Below are positions 45,701 through 55,896 of a stretch of 64,000 nucleotides of DNA, one piece after another. Location: positions 3,296,001 through 3,360,000 of the forward strand of contig OZ240241.1 of assembly GCA_965198115.1 (NCBI GenBank), read 5' to 3'. The DNA comes from Candidatus Latescibacterota bacterium (GTDB taxonomy: Bacteria; Latescibacterota; UBA2968). Position numbers and translations under genes: made by a program. Under the pieces are notes generated by a model, which was not told where the DNA came from, searched no databases, and worked only from the letters and a program-made list of their open reading frames with translations. Positions within the stretch are counted from its first letter, which is position 1, and each line of letters starts with the position of its first letter.

Positions 45701-46156
45701 TCCGACATTGCTACGGCAGAAGAAACGGCACGGGAGTCTGTTGCGGCAGACGGTGGTCAGTCAACAGACGAGGAGGCGAGTAGGCGAGCAGGCGTGGCAG
45801 TGGATTCCTCAATCGCTGAATCCGACAAGAAAGGCACCACCGTGTCCCCTTCAGAGCGCCTGTCCGCCGAAGCGACGGAAGCCGCGAAGGCGGATAACGA
45901 GGGGCGCACTGGAGCGCAAACCTCCGAGAAAACAACCGCGCCCACAATCACAGGACCCATCGTACCCGCGAAAGCGAATGGCGGAACCAATGGTCACGGC
46001 CAGGAAGCCGCACACCACCACGTGGACGTCCTCGACCACCAGATGTCCCAGCTTCAAGGCGACGCGCCGTTCTGCGATGTGTGCGGGCACATTTCGATCC
46101 GCAATGGGGCGTGTTATAAGTGTCTGAACTGTGGGAATTCGATGGGGTGTTCGTGA
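42716..46156 (+). CDS. nrdJ: Class II (B12-dependent) ribonucleotide reductase with TSCPD domain
   Basis: FNSPVWFN, PQCSAC, SNPCSE, CNLAS, APTGTIG, ISKTVN, YRDGSK, C-terminal CDVCG...CLNCG. Confidence 0.96.
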   Translation: MRFERRTTNPSSDPLDDVTYVQRSTVITDQDGSEIFRLDNFDVPEDWSQLATDIVASKYFRKRGVPKTGHETSVRQVVHRLAHTIRTAGEEGGYFDSTADADAFEAELAHYLVHQAGAFNSPVWFNCGLYQEYNIRKGNGGHYYWDNLRERVLQTKDAYSHPQCSACYIQSVNDDLMAIFDLLKSEARLFKYGSGTGTNFSKIRGNMEKLSGGGTSSGLMSFLEVFDKGAGATKSGGITRRAAKMVTLDLDHPEIVDFINWKANEEKKVVALIEGGYSSDFNGEAYRTVSGQNSNNSVRIPDSFMEAYESDGEWQTTLRTNGDVWKTYKARDLMREIADAAWACADPGTQYDTTINSWHTCPNTDRINGSNPCSEYMFLDDSACNLASINLLKFLSDDGNFDVDGFRHACRVFFVAQEILIDFASYPTKRIAQNSHDYRPLGLGYANLGTLLMVMGLPYDSPESIAICGAITAIMCGEAYKASAAMAKDKGPFPGFEKNREPMLDVMGMHRDAAYAIDDAHVPAYLAEAARVTWDDAVKHGKRHGYRNAQATVLAPTGTIGLLMDCDTTGVEPDFALVKFKKLAGGGYFKIVNASVPKALARLGYSKRQRHDIVAYIVGTFKLEGTPNINADTLREKGFSDDELEKIEDALPGAFDLSFAVNPWVLGDETMERLGFSADKFKSPGFNLLQELGFTPVEIDTANDVICGRQTIEGAPHLKDEHLPVFDCANTCGKHGKRFIRPLAHLHMMSAAQKFISGAISKTVNVPHETSSEQIEDLYVEGWKLGLKAVAMYRDGSKLSQPLSSKSEKTATEDTENTENEGSSPAPGSSAPLQNEVVTETVADPAEVEASIARAVDEALAEAQRTQGPVRRRLPSKRKGFTQEARVAGHKVFLRTGEYEDGSLGEIFIDMHKEGAPFRSMLNCFAIAISKGLQFGVPLDELVETFTFTRFEPAGMVDHSNIRFATSVIDYVFRVLGYEYLGRTDFLQVKPEDISSDIATAEETARESVAADGGQSTDEEASRRAGVAVDSSIAESDKKGTTVSPSERLSAEATEAAKADNEGRTGAQTSEKTTAPTITGPIVPAKANGGTNGHGQEAAHHHVDVLDHQMSQLQGDAPFCDVCGHISIRNGACYKCLNCGNSMGCS

Positions 46157-46271
46157 TCGTCACTGGCGAAAAGGCGGTCATCAGAAAGTAGCAGGCCTTA
46201 CCTTGTGGAATCACCTCGGGCGAAAGCAGGGGCTTTCCACAGCCTTGTTTGAAGCAACAGCTGACGAAATT

Positions 46272-46650
46272 TCATCCGTTCCCTCCAATCCACCAAGCAA
46301 CCCCATCCAACCCCGGCGAGTACCCTCCCTCCGTCGAAACCTGAATCGTAGGCAGATCGAGTTCCGGCGTCTCGTACACCTCCGGCGCCGCCATCATCCC
46401 CGTCTCTCTGAACTCCCGAACCCGCCTGTCCCCGTGATAGAACTCCCACTTCGGCTCATCCAACCCCCGCTCCAGATGTCGTCTCGCCGCCACCTCATCA
46501 TCGATCGCGCACACGACGATGAACACGTCTCCGATCTCAGCGATCGCGGGCACGTGCGCTGACCACCCCCTGTGCTGAAACGCCGCCTCGATCACAACCG
46601 AGACGTTGTTGGCGAGATACTGGCGCACGACCTCGAAGAAGAAGAAGAAG
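46272..46650 (-). pseudogene. 3' half of a P-loop (AAA_33-like) kinase, paralogous to 53742-54302
   Basis: 46521-46622 is identical to 53991-54092. No Walker A. Homology ends in a (GAA)6 tract. Confidence 0.85.
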
Positions 46651-46853
46651 AACACCACGTATCTGGGCATCTGCTCGTAACTGTCGTCAAGATCAGATAT
46701 TGCGCAAATCGACGCACCACCGAGGTCCATCCAATGACTTGCTTTTGGACCACTGCCCATCCATCATAGGTGCACGTTTGGGAATCGTACAGACAGATAC
46801 GATGTCGATATTCTCCTATCCACACTCCCACTTAGGCTGCTGCGTGAATACGG

Positions 46854-47357
46854 ATGCCTGAAGCAGACTCCAATACCACGAATCAATGGAAGAGCGACGT
46901 CTTGCTCTCTCCGGTCGATGCCTTTGGTGCCTCGCACGATCATCTGGTCTTCGTCTACGGTAGCCTTCTCGTTGGGGGCAGCCTGCAACGGACCATTGGG
47001 CCAAACCCGTCCGGTCTCGAATGCATCCCGAGTAGACTACGCGGGTATCGGTTAGAATGGGCCGCGGCATCAAGGAAGCCGAGTTTCCTTGCTCCCGAAG
47101 GTCAAGCGCTGCCAGAAGATGCGCTCTGGGCATCCCTCACCATCGTCCCGGGGACAACCGACGACGATGTTGCAGGAGCCATAATCGGGGTCAGCCACGA
47201 AGGATTGGCCGCCCTCCGAAACCGCGAAGTGAATTACCACCTGATGGATGTCACTGCTCAGTTAGAGGGTTGTTCAAGCACCGCAAGTACTGGAAAGCGA
47301 GTTTCGACGTTTCTCCCCATCAATCCAGGCAATGAGATCCCTTTGAAAGGCATATAG
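46854..47357 (+). CDS. Gamma-glutamylcyclotransferase (GGCT/AIG2-like); 3' end possibly damaged
   Basis: VFVYGSLL, LRGYR, GAII.V...L.AL..RE.NY. Confidence 0.8.
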   Translation: MPEADSNTTNQWKSDVLLSPVDAFGASHDHLVFVYGSLLVGGSLQRTIGPNPSGLECIPSRLRGYRLEWAAASRKPSFLAPEGQALPEDALWASLTIVPGTTDDDVAGAIIGVSHEGLAALRNREVNYHLMDVTAQLEGCSSTASTGKRVSTFLPINPGNEIPLKGI

Positions 47358-47367
47358 GGAAGAGTAG

Positions 47368-50300
47368 CCTGAATTATGCAAAAAAAAGGTAGTCCCCTTG
47401 TACAAGTGTTTGTTTTTCCCTACATTAGGGCTGACACATCAAAACAACACTTGGAAGGAACTACCGTGATAGAACCTAGTCAGATCCGGTTACCATTCGC
47501 AAGCATTTCGGGCAAGGTAGTTGAGGCTGATTTTGCCGGTGGCGCCGTCAGGAGTGACGGTGGAGTTCTGTTGCTTCGCGCCCTTGAGTCTCAGATGGGA
47601 TTGATCGCCAGAATGGTAGATGCTTTGCGAGATCGTCGTCACCCAAGCTATATCGATCACACGCTTTTGGATCTTGTGAAGCAGCGTGTTTTTCAGATCG
47701 CTTGCGGCTATGAAGATGCCGTCGATTGTGATGATTTGCGCCACGATCCGGGCGTCAAGGCTGCCTGCGATCGGCTTCCTCTTTCCGGTCCTGATCTCGG
47801 GAGCCAATCAACGATGACACGACTTGAGAATGATGTGCGACGCTCGGATTTGTATCGGCTCGCACGGGCTTTTGTAGACGGGTTCATCGCATCGTATGAC
47901 CAGGCACCCCCAAGCATCATTCTCGATATCGACGACACGGATGACCCAACGCACGGTGCGCAACAGAGCTATAATCAAAAGGTGTGGAAAAAGAGAAAGG
48001 GCGACCCTACCCTTCCCGTGAGATAGTTGATTCACACAAAACCGGGTGAGAGGCCCGGTTGGGAAGGAGGATCGCCGTGAAGGAACATACGCATAGAGCC
48101 CCATTGAAGTCCATGCCGACGTGGGAGACGGTTGACGATTGGATCCGTGAAGAGATCCAGGGCCGGTTCCAGTCCATTCTGGAGGAGGAGGCGACCGCGT
48201 TCTTGGGCCGGTCGTGGTATGAGCGCCGAGCCGAGGTCGATAGCTCCAGGGGCTACAGGAACGGCTACGGCAAGCCCCGGCGTCTCTCGACGAGCTGCGG
48301 AACGATCAAGGTCCGGCGTCCCCGGGTTCGTGGTCTGGAAGAGCGGTTTGAAAGCCGCATCCTCCCCCTGTTCGCCCGGAGAACCAGGGCCATTGGAGAT
48401 CTGCTTCCCGACCTTTATCTCCACGGTCTCTCCCAGGGCGACTTCGAGTTGTCTTTGCGTGCGCTGCTCGGTGATGGCGCGCCGCTTTCGCCGACCTCGA
48501 TCGCTCGTCTTCGAGGGAAGTGGGAGGTCGACTTCCAGGACTGGAAAGAAAGGCGTCTGGATAATCGCGAACTGGTCTACGCCTGGGCTGATGGCATCTA
48601 CGTCAAAGCCGGGCTCGAGCGCGAGAAGGCGTGTCTGCTGGTCGTGATCGGCGCGATGAGCGACGGCAGCAAGGAGATCCTGGCGATAGAACCCGGTTAT
48701 CGAGAGTCTACAGAATCCTGGCTCACGGTGCTCCGGGATCTCCGGGATCGCGGGCTCGAACATCCTGTCCTGATCGCCGCGGACGGGAATATGGGCATCT
48801 GGGCGGCCGTTGATCAGGTCTGGCCAGAGAGCCGGCAACAACGGTGCTGGAACCACAAGATCCTCAACGTGCTCGACAAGGTCGCCAAGCGTGCACAGGC
48901 TGAAGCCCGCGCACTGCTCGTCCAGATCCCCTATGCCGGCACGAAAAAGGAGGCCGAGAAGCTCCGGAAACGCTTTGCCGCACGGTATCGCTCACAGTTC
49001 CCTGCCGCCGTGGAGACGCTCGAAAGAGACTGGGATCGGATGGTCACGTTCTACGACTTCCCGAAGGAACACTGGAAACACCTGAGAACCACGAACGTCG
49101 TCGAGAGCCCCTTTGCTTCCGTTCGGCTTCGCACAAACGCCGCCAGGCGATTCAAGAAAGTCAGGAACGCCACGGCTCTCATCTGGCGTACGCTCAAGGT
49201 CGCAGAGAGCCGATTCAGGAAACTCACCGCGCCACACTTGCTACAACAAGTCTACGATCAGAAACACTCAACCGGACCGCAGGTCGAAACCGGGAAGATG
49301 GCCGCCTGATTTCTTTTACACACCTATTGACCTGAGCTCTGCGCAACAATTTTCACTCTTCAACGCGTATTACAATGAACACTGCTATATGCCGCTACAT
49401 ATCTATGAAGGCCAAAGCGGCAAGCTCATTACGACGATCTTGAGACCCGGGCATCCGACGAACGGTAAACAGGTCGTTTCTATTCTCAAGCGCTTGGTGG
49501 AACACCTACGCGGATCTTGGCCAAACGTGGAGATCATCGTTCGCGCAGACTCAAAGTTCAGCTCACCAGAGATGCACGATTTCTGCGAAGACAACGGTAT
49601 CTACTACGTTCTGGGCCAGGGCGCCAACTCCAAGCTCAAAGCGGCTGGACAAAACCTGATGGACCAAGCGCTACGTCTGAGCGAGCATAAGGAGACGATT
49701 CGCTTGTTCTCATCCTTCTCATATCAGGCTGGCACCTACCGGCAGCCTCGCCGGATCATTCACAAGGCTGAAGTCACAAACGGCGAAGCAAATCCAAGAT
49801 ACCGCGTGACCAATTTACAGAGTAATCGAGACGGCTTTATCTATGATCGTATCTACTGCGCAAGGGGACGCACGGAAGGCTTCATCAAGGACCACAAAAC
49901 ATTCCTTCACTCCGATCGAACATCGTGCCACAAGTTTGAAGCCAACCAGTTCCGACTCTTTCTACACAGTGCTGCATACGCCTTGCTTCACGCACTCCGA
50001 TCACAGGGACTCAAGGGCACCGCGTGGACCAAACCTCAGGTCAACACGATACAGAACCGTTTCCTCAAAATCGGCGCGAGAGTCATTGAAAGCGCACGAA
50101 GAATCCGATTCCATTTTCCAACATCGTATCCACTCAAAAACGTCTTGGTGTCAATCATCACCAGGCTCGAAACGAACACGCAGTAACAACGCCGATCTAT
50201 ACCGGGGACAGCTATGTACACGTCGCAAAACAACACCTGTTCCGGACGAAAATCGTGACTCTTGCGACTCGTAGAGACCGCTTACGGGACCTTGGACATC

Positions 50301-50379
50301 CGAAGAAGCCGAGAACAAATCCTGTGCGTGATCACATCACTCCAAAACAACCTAAACTCAAATTCATGCATGATTCAGG
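47368..50379 (+). mobile_element. IS1380-family IS interrupted by IS256
   Basis: IRs CCTGAATTATGCA / TGCATGATTCAGG. SDGGVLL, DIDDTDDPTHGAQQ|FSLFNAYY..CYMPL, RADS, YCARG.TE..IK, FEANQFRL. Confidence 0.92.
47966..49339 (+). mobile_element. IS256-family IS, complete (transposase about 48077-49309)
   Basis: 9-bp TSD TGCGCAACA. IRs GAGCTATAATCAAAAGGTGTG vs GAGCTCAGGTCAATAGGTGTG. WADGIY, ADG, QRCWNHK, RTTNVVES. Confidence 0.96.
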
Positions 50380-51198
50380 CTAGTGGACGCCTGAAGATCG
50401 TCGAGTATGAACCGGAGAAGTGGGCAACTTACCCCGAGATGGAGTACATCCGTGATAGTCTGATAGATAGAGGTTTCGAAACCGAGATCCTGGATCTGTC
50501 CAGAGGCGATCTCAACTACGCTATCGACGCTCTGAGGATAAAAGGGGACCCCAACAGAATCGATCTGATCTACAAACGAATCCTCTGGGGTGATCTGGCG
50601 AGATCGAAACCAGAAACCAAAGACGCGCTGGCCCACGCCTACTTGAACGACAATGTCTCAGTCGTCAACTCACTCGGTTCACGTGTTGCCGGAAACAAGA
50701 TGCTCTTGACACTCTTGGAGACGCCCTCCTTTCAGAACTGGGCTGAGCAGAATGACCCGCTAGTTGTAGATGACTTGGCGTCCTTCCGTGGTTGCTTACC
50801 CGCGTCGATAATTTGGGGCGACGCTCCGGTGATCGACTGGGGGAACCCTGAGCTGAGTAGGGCCGCAGTCCTTGACGAGCCACACAGATTCGTACTGAAA
50901 TCATTCCACGGATTCGGAGGAGGCGAAGTGCTCATCGGTCCAGATCTGAAGGACGCCAGCGCGGTCTTCGAAGATCGTTGGAACAAGGACTACATCGCTC
51001 AGGAGTATGTCCCCCACGGCAGGTCCCCTATGGCCGTCGAACGCGGATCGGAGATCTCCTGGGAACAACATCACTTTATTCTGGGGGCTTACGTAATCGG
51101 TGGGCAGTGCGTTGGGATCGAGGCAAAGACATCTCCCTCTCTCCCGATCAACATGTCCCAAGGCGGTTTCAGAACCGCCGTATTTCCCGTTCGGGTAG
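50380..51198 (+). pseudogene. C-terminal part of a circularly permuted ATP-grasp / glutathionylspermidine-synthase-like ligase
   Basis: IDLIYKR, VVNSLGS..AGNK, FVLKSFHGFGGGEV.IG, YIAQEYV, INMSQGG. N-terminal part absent. Probable stop TAG at 51196, out of frame by one base. Confidence 0.75.
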
Positions 51199-51245
51199 TA
51201 CCTGTTCGGATCGTAGCTTGCGCAACACTGCGGGGAGTCTTACAA

Positions 51246-52273
51246 ATGGATGAAGAACGAAATCGGCTGTCTGTAAAGGCCACGGAAACTGTTCACAGGA
51301 AGTATGCCAAGGGCGACTACATAATCAGTGTAGCGCCAGAGACCAAAAGGAAATTGCGGCTAGGTCGGTTCGCCGTCGTAGCCAGGAAGATCGAGTTCCT
51401 CGGTCGGGATGAAGTCAAACCAGAACTCGCACGCAGGGACATTCCTCTCAAGACAGAGTTCCGTGTGCACGCGAGGGTTGTGACGTTCAGCGAACGTGCT
51501 ATACGACGAGGTAAGAGCAAGAAGGACAGAAAGAACATGAAAGTTTGCCCAGATGAGGTCCGCATCGACCAGAGCATCCGCAATGCGGTGGGCATCCCCT
51601 TTGTGTACGCAGGCACCACAGTCACAGTCTGGCGGGTCAAGATGCCTCTCTGGCAACACGTCGCCTATTTCTTCCGCTACCGGGTCGCCCGACTGCTCGG
51701 CTTCAGATATTTCTTCATCGCGTCTGCTCTGCGCACATTCACGATATGGAGAAAGGGATCTGCCGTGTGCCTATCGATACCTTTCCGATCCTCGGAACCG
51801 ATGCGCAGAACAAGCTCCAGTTCGAGAGCCCGGTCGAAGTGACAGACAGTAATGGTGAGCCAGTTAAACCAAGACATTTTCAGATCGAGAAAAGGAGCAT
51901 AGCGAGCCACGAACTCACTCCGGACATCCTTGATCGAAGAAAGAAGAACGAGTGCGAAAATGAAGGAAGGTGGCTAAGACCAAGCAGCTGGCTGCCTGAA
52001 GCAGATCCAGATATAGACAGGGTATTCATAGATGCCGCCGACCGCGAAAGACTGGGTCTAAGCCAGATGTACCCGGTTAAGGCTCGCAGGGACATCGCCG
52101 ATCTGTTCCTCAGCCAGGTCCTTGGTGTCGGGATCTTCTTCTTCGTATCAGCTCTTTCGATCGGCGGTCTCTTGCCATCGACGATCGAATCCCGGCTGCT
52201 GATCTCACTTGTCGTGAGCGGATTGTTGGGCGCCAGCCTGATGATCCTTCTCATACGCTCGAGGATAAAATAG
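51246..52273 (+). CDS. Hypothetical protein with CDC48-N-like double-psi barrel repeats and two C-terminal TM helices; frameshift near 51720
   Basis: GGGGAG RBS. Repeats VRIDQSIRNAVGI, RVCSAHIHDMEKGICRV...LG, VFIDAADRERLGL. Hydrophobic hairpin at the C-terminus. Confidence 0.6.
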
Positions 52274-52317
52274 GAGCCGTTGGTCTGTATCCATTTGGAC
52301 AACACGCCTATTTTCAT

Positions 52318-53737
52318 GGCTATATCCGGATCTCTCAACGAGATGAAGTGGGTGAAGGTGCCGTGGTTCCTGGCATGGGGGCGCGGTTAGCGTGTGCGGA
52401 ACCTCTTCGGAATCTGCTCAGGGATGTTTATGTCTCCGACGGTAAGGAAGATCATATCGTTGAATGCGTCGAGTGTGCGGAATCCGCTGGCTCGGTTCTT
52501 GACGATTTGGACGATTCGGTTGAGGCCTTCGGCGATGGCGTTGGTAAGACGCGTGTTCACGAATGCGAGGACGCCGAAGAAGTGCTGTCGCAGGGTCCTG
52601 ACGAACTTTCGCAGGGGTTCACGTCGACTTCTGAGTGCGGACGTCGTCCAGCATTTCAGGAAGCGTTCGGCAGCCCAGGGCGCTTTGTATTCCCAGAACT
52701 GCTCGAACTCGTCCTTGAGTCTCCAGGCTCTATAGATTCGGTAGTTCGCCTTCTCCAGTGCTTTGAGTGTCCGAGTATCCCCTCTGGAGCGTGTCGCTGA
52801 GTGCCGGTAGAGGAGCCATCGGAGGCCCTTCATGGCTTTGCGCTCATCCGGGGCAGCTTCACGCCACTGGTCCTTACGGACCTCGTCAACGGCGGCATTG
52901 AGAGCCTTGACGATGTGAAAGCGATCGAGGACCAGCTTGGCATTCGGACAGTGTTCCTGGATGGCTCCGATGTAAGCTTCGCTCATGTCGCAGCAGGCCC
53001 ACTCGATCTTGGATCTCCGGTAGGGACTGAGAGCCTCTGTGAAGAACCGATCGATCGTTTTACGCGCCCTGCCGCGGCCAACCCACACCACGCAGGAGCG
53101 GTCCAGATCGTAAACGAGCGTGGCGTACCTGTGACGCTTGGCGTAGGAGATCTCGTCGATCCCGATGGTTTTGAGCCCTCGGATACGATGACCTTCACGA
53201 AGCCGCGTGATGGATCGGTGAAGGAGATCCGACAGCGTCGAGGCAGAGATGCGCAGCAACTCGGACGCCGCCTTCTGCGTCATGGTCTGGCAGTAGCGCA
53301 GCATGGCATACTCGAAGCGATACGTCACCCGAGAGAACCGCTCCGCCCACGGAATCTCCTCGACCACACGACCGTGGGTAGGACACCGAATCTCCCGAGG
53401 ATGGTAGAGAAGCCAGACCCTCCACCCGCACACCGGAATGTCACGCCACCGACGCGGATGGGGCATTGTGCGGACGATTTTACCTCGACGGCCGCACTCC
53501 GGACAACAACAACCATTCTTATGTGGCTTTACGGCGATGACGAAACAGCTTCTCCCCTCAAACCACCAGCTGACAACACGGAACCCCTTGAATCTCAGCA
53601 GTTTCGATAGTAATCTGCTCCCGGTCATAGGTCGCACCCCCTTCGCTTTGATTGTCCTACACACACAACCAAGCGTAGGGAACGATCTATGACCTTGTCA
53701 TTCTATAGTTTCACCGTTGAGAAACCCGGATAGAGCC
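52318..53737 (-). mobile_element. ISL3-family IS, copy 3 (transposase 52387-53664)
   Basis: Same 1420-bp element; flanks ATTTTCAT / TTTTTCAT (7/8 TSD). Confidence 0.95.
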
Positions 53738-53741
53738 TTTT

Positions 53742-54302
53742 TCATGATGTTGGAGTAATCCACTGAACAACCTCCGCCAACCCCGGCGAGTACTCCCTTA
53801 CCGTCTCCACCCGAATCGTCGGGCAGTCAAGCTCCGGCGCCTCCCACGCCTCCGGCGCCGCCATCTCCCCTATCTCTCGATATTCACGAACCCGCCTGTC
53901 CCCGTGGTAGAACTCCCGCTTCGGCTCCGCCAGCCCCCGCTCCAGATGTCGCCTCGCCGCCACCTCATCATCGATCACGCAAACGACAACGAACACGTCT
54001 CCGATCTCAGCGATCGCGGGCACGTGCGCTGACCACCCCCTGTGCTGAAACGCCGCCTCGATCACAACCGAGACGTTGTTGGCGAGATACTGCTGCACGA
54101 CCTCGAAGAAGAACGTGGACACCACTTTGTTCGTGTCATCCGGCAGCCCATCGTGCCTGACGCCAAACGTGTTGACGTAGCCTTCCTTGATCTCGTCGCG
54201 ACTGATGACCGGCATCCACAGCAGCTCCCCAAGCTTCTTCGAGAGCGTGGTTTTGCCCGACCCAGGTCGCCCCGTGACGATGATGCATTTCGGCTTGCTC
54301 AT
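53742..54302 (-). CDS. P-loop kinase (AAA_33-like)
   Basis: IIVTGRPGSGKTT, ISRDEIKE, SVVIEAAF. Confidence 0.88.
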   Translation of the reverse strand: MSKPKCIIVTGRPGSGKTTLSKKLGELLWMPVISRDEIKEGYVNTFGVRHDGLPDDTNKVVSTFFFEVVQQYLANNVSVVIEAAFQHRGWSAHVPAIAEIGDVFVVVCVIDDEVAARRHLERGLAEPKREFYHGDRRVREYREIGEMAAPEAWEAPELDCPTIRVETVREYSPGLAEVVQWITPTS

Positions 54303-54654
54303 GTCTTACTCTGATTGATGGTGACTTGGCCGTCCTTCGACTCCGCTCAGGATGACCAAGTCACGGTTCCGCTGTATCACGATCGGACCGTCCGCGATGC
54401 GATGGTGGCCGAACTATGATAGAGTGGCTGGACGAACAGACCAACAGCTACTCGTGACCGAAAGACTTAGCCACGAAGGTGCCCTTCGGTACACTTCGAC
54501 CTGCGGTCGAAAGCACTCAGGACAGGCGAAGACACGAAGAAAACACGGGTATCTGTTTCACGCTCTTCCGGCGCCTTGTCCGATAGTCACAGGGTGTCTA
54601 CATTTCCGTGGTAGAGAAAGTCTGCGAGAGGCGCTTACCATCAAGGGACAATAG

Positions 54655-54900
54655 ATGAGCACCGAGTATAAACTCAAGCTTCAGGTCAAGCGGGTTGAGA
54701 ATGGCGAGTATCTGATCACTTCATCAGATTTGCCAGGCCTCGTCGCACAAGGCAGGACTGTCGCGGAAGCAGCTGAAATAGCGCAAGACGTGGCTAGAAA
54801 GCTGATCGAATCATTTAGAGAACACGACGATCCACTTCCTGCCTCCCTTCAGGGCATCGATGCGGACTCCTTCGAACTCGAGATCCCCGTCGTCGCCTGA
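54655..54900 (+). CDS. hicB: HicB-family antitoxin
   Basis: SDLPGLVAQGRTVAEA partial RNase H fold motif. Confidence 0.88.
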   Translation: MSTEYKLKLQVKRVENGEYLITSSDLPGLVAQGRTVAEAAEIAQDVARKLIESFREHDDPLPASLQGIDADSFELEIPVVA

Positions 54901-55124
54901 TGGGCCGCCTTGCAGGCTTCTCATATAGAGAAGTCGCCTCAAAACTCCGATCTCTGGGATTCCGTTTCGACCGCCAGGCTCGAGGAAGCCACGAGATCTG
55001 GCGCCATTCTGAAACGCTGAAGCGCACCACGCTTCCCAATCATCCTCGCGACATTCCGGAAGGTACGCTTTCCGCAATCCTCAGAGAGGCCGGTGTGTCA
55101 ACCGACGAGTTCCTAAACGCATAG
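54900..55124 (+). CDS. hicA: HicA-family mRNase toxin
   Basis: LGF...RQARGSHE, PNHP.DIPEGTLSAILREAG; TGATG coupling to hicB. Confidence 0.9.
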   Translation: MGRLAGFSYREVASKLRSLGFRFDRQARGSHEIWRHSETLKRTTLPNHPRDIPEGTLSAILREAGVSTDEFLNA

Positions 55125-55135
55125 CATCGTCTCCG

Positions 55136-55364
55136 ATGAGCAAGTACGTCATCTGTATCGACAACAAGAGCAATCAAGCAAGTCTGATTCTGGGAAAGTG
55201 TACCGGGTTGTGTCGGACACCGAAGCAGAGTCGCAAGACCTGCTACGCGTCATCGATGAGGACAGTTCCGAACCGGATGGATATCTCTACGCGGGACCAT
55301 GTTCTCGCCAATCGACTTGCCCCAAGAAGCAGAGAGGGCATTAATGGCCGCAGGAGACACCTAA
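55136..55364 (+). pseudogene. Small hypothetical protein, frameshifted
   Basis: MSKYVICIDN..QASLILGK then shifted frame VYRVVSDTEAESQDLLRVIDED...GYLY and FSPIDLPQEAERAL. Confidence 0.55.
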
Positions 55365-55603
55365 AACTGTGATAGACTATTCAAGCCCTGGGAGACGTTC
55401 TCAGAATTGAAAGGACTCACGTGGGAATTTTGGACGTGGGTCCTTTTCTGTGTGTGCCTGTGATGTAGTTCTCCTCTGTCCAGCCCATCGGCCAGGCTCG
55501 GACCGACTTCTCGACTCCCGCTCGAAGTGACGGTATCTTCCATCTTCACGAGTTCTGACTGCTAAGTTTCAAGATCGTTTTGTGTTTTTGGTGAGAGGCC
55601 GAT

Positions 55604-55853
55604 TGTCATCGAGGTAGCGTAACCCACGGACCACGGGGCACCTCCAATTTTCTCCCCGATAGGGCCACACCAGAGCCTGGGACCCAGGCATCCGTGTCCA
55701 TCAGTGTTCATCTGTGGTTCCCGGTTTTGGTGTCATTGATGTAGCGTCACTGCGACCCCGGGGTCTCCGCGAATCTTCTCCCCGGTAGCGCCACAAAGCT
55801 TGGGCCCAAAGCATTCGTGTTCATCTGTGTTCATTTGTGGTTCCGCTGGTTTT
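55604..55853. repeat. Degenerate tandem duplication of a 127-bp non-coding unit
   Basis: Units start TGTCAT at 55604 and 55731 and share GTAGCGT, TTCTCCCCG and CATC.GTGTTCAT.TGTGGTTCC...GGTTTT. Confidence 0.7.
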
Positions 55854-55896
55854 AGGCGCCGAAGGCCAGCGCTACGAACCTGCTTCACTGTGAATC

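Noticed and set aside
42716-46156. Intein or intron in nrdJ
   Set aside because: No splice-junction or homing-endonuclease motifs; the extra length is low-complexity linker plus TSCPD domain.
50262-51842. 526-aa ORF as a single fusion protein
   Set aside because: It starts inside the IS1380 end and reads through a probable shifted stop at 51196; the second part has its own RBS and ATG at 51246.
46287-54113. Kinase repeat pair as a diversity-generating retroelement TR/VR
   Set aside because: Mismatches are not adenine-specific, many are synonymous, and no reverse transcriptase is in the window.
55604-55853. Possible CRISPR array or attC cassettes
   Set aside because: Only two degenerate units with no repeat-spacer pattern; no cas or integron integrase genes.
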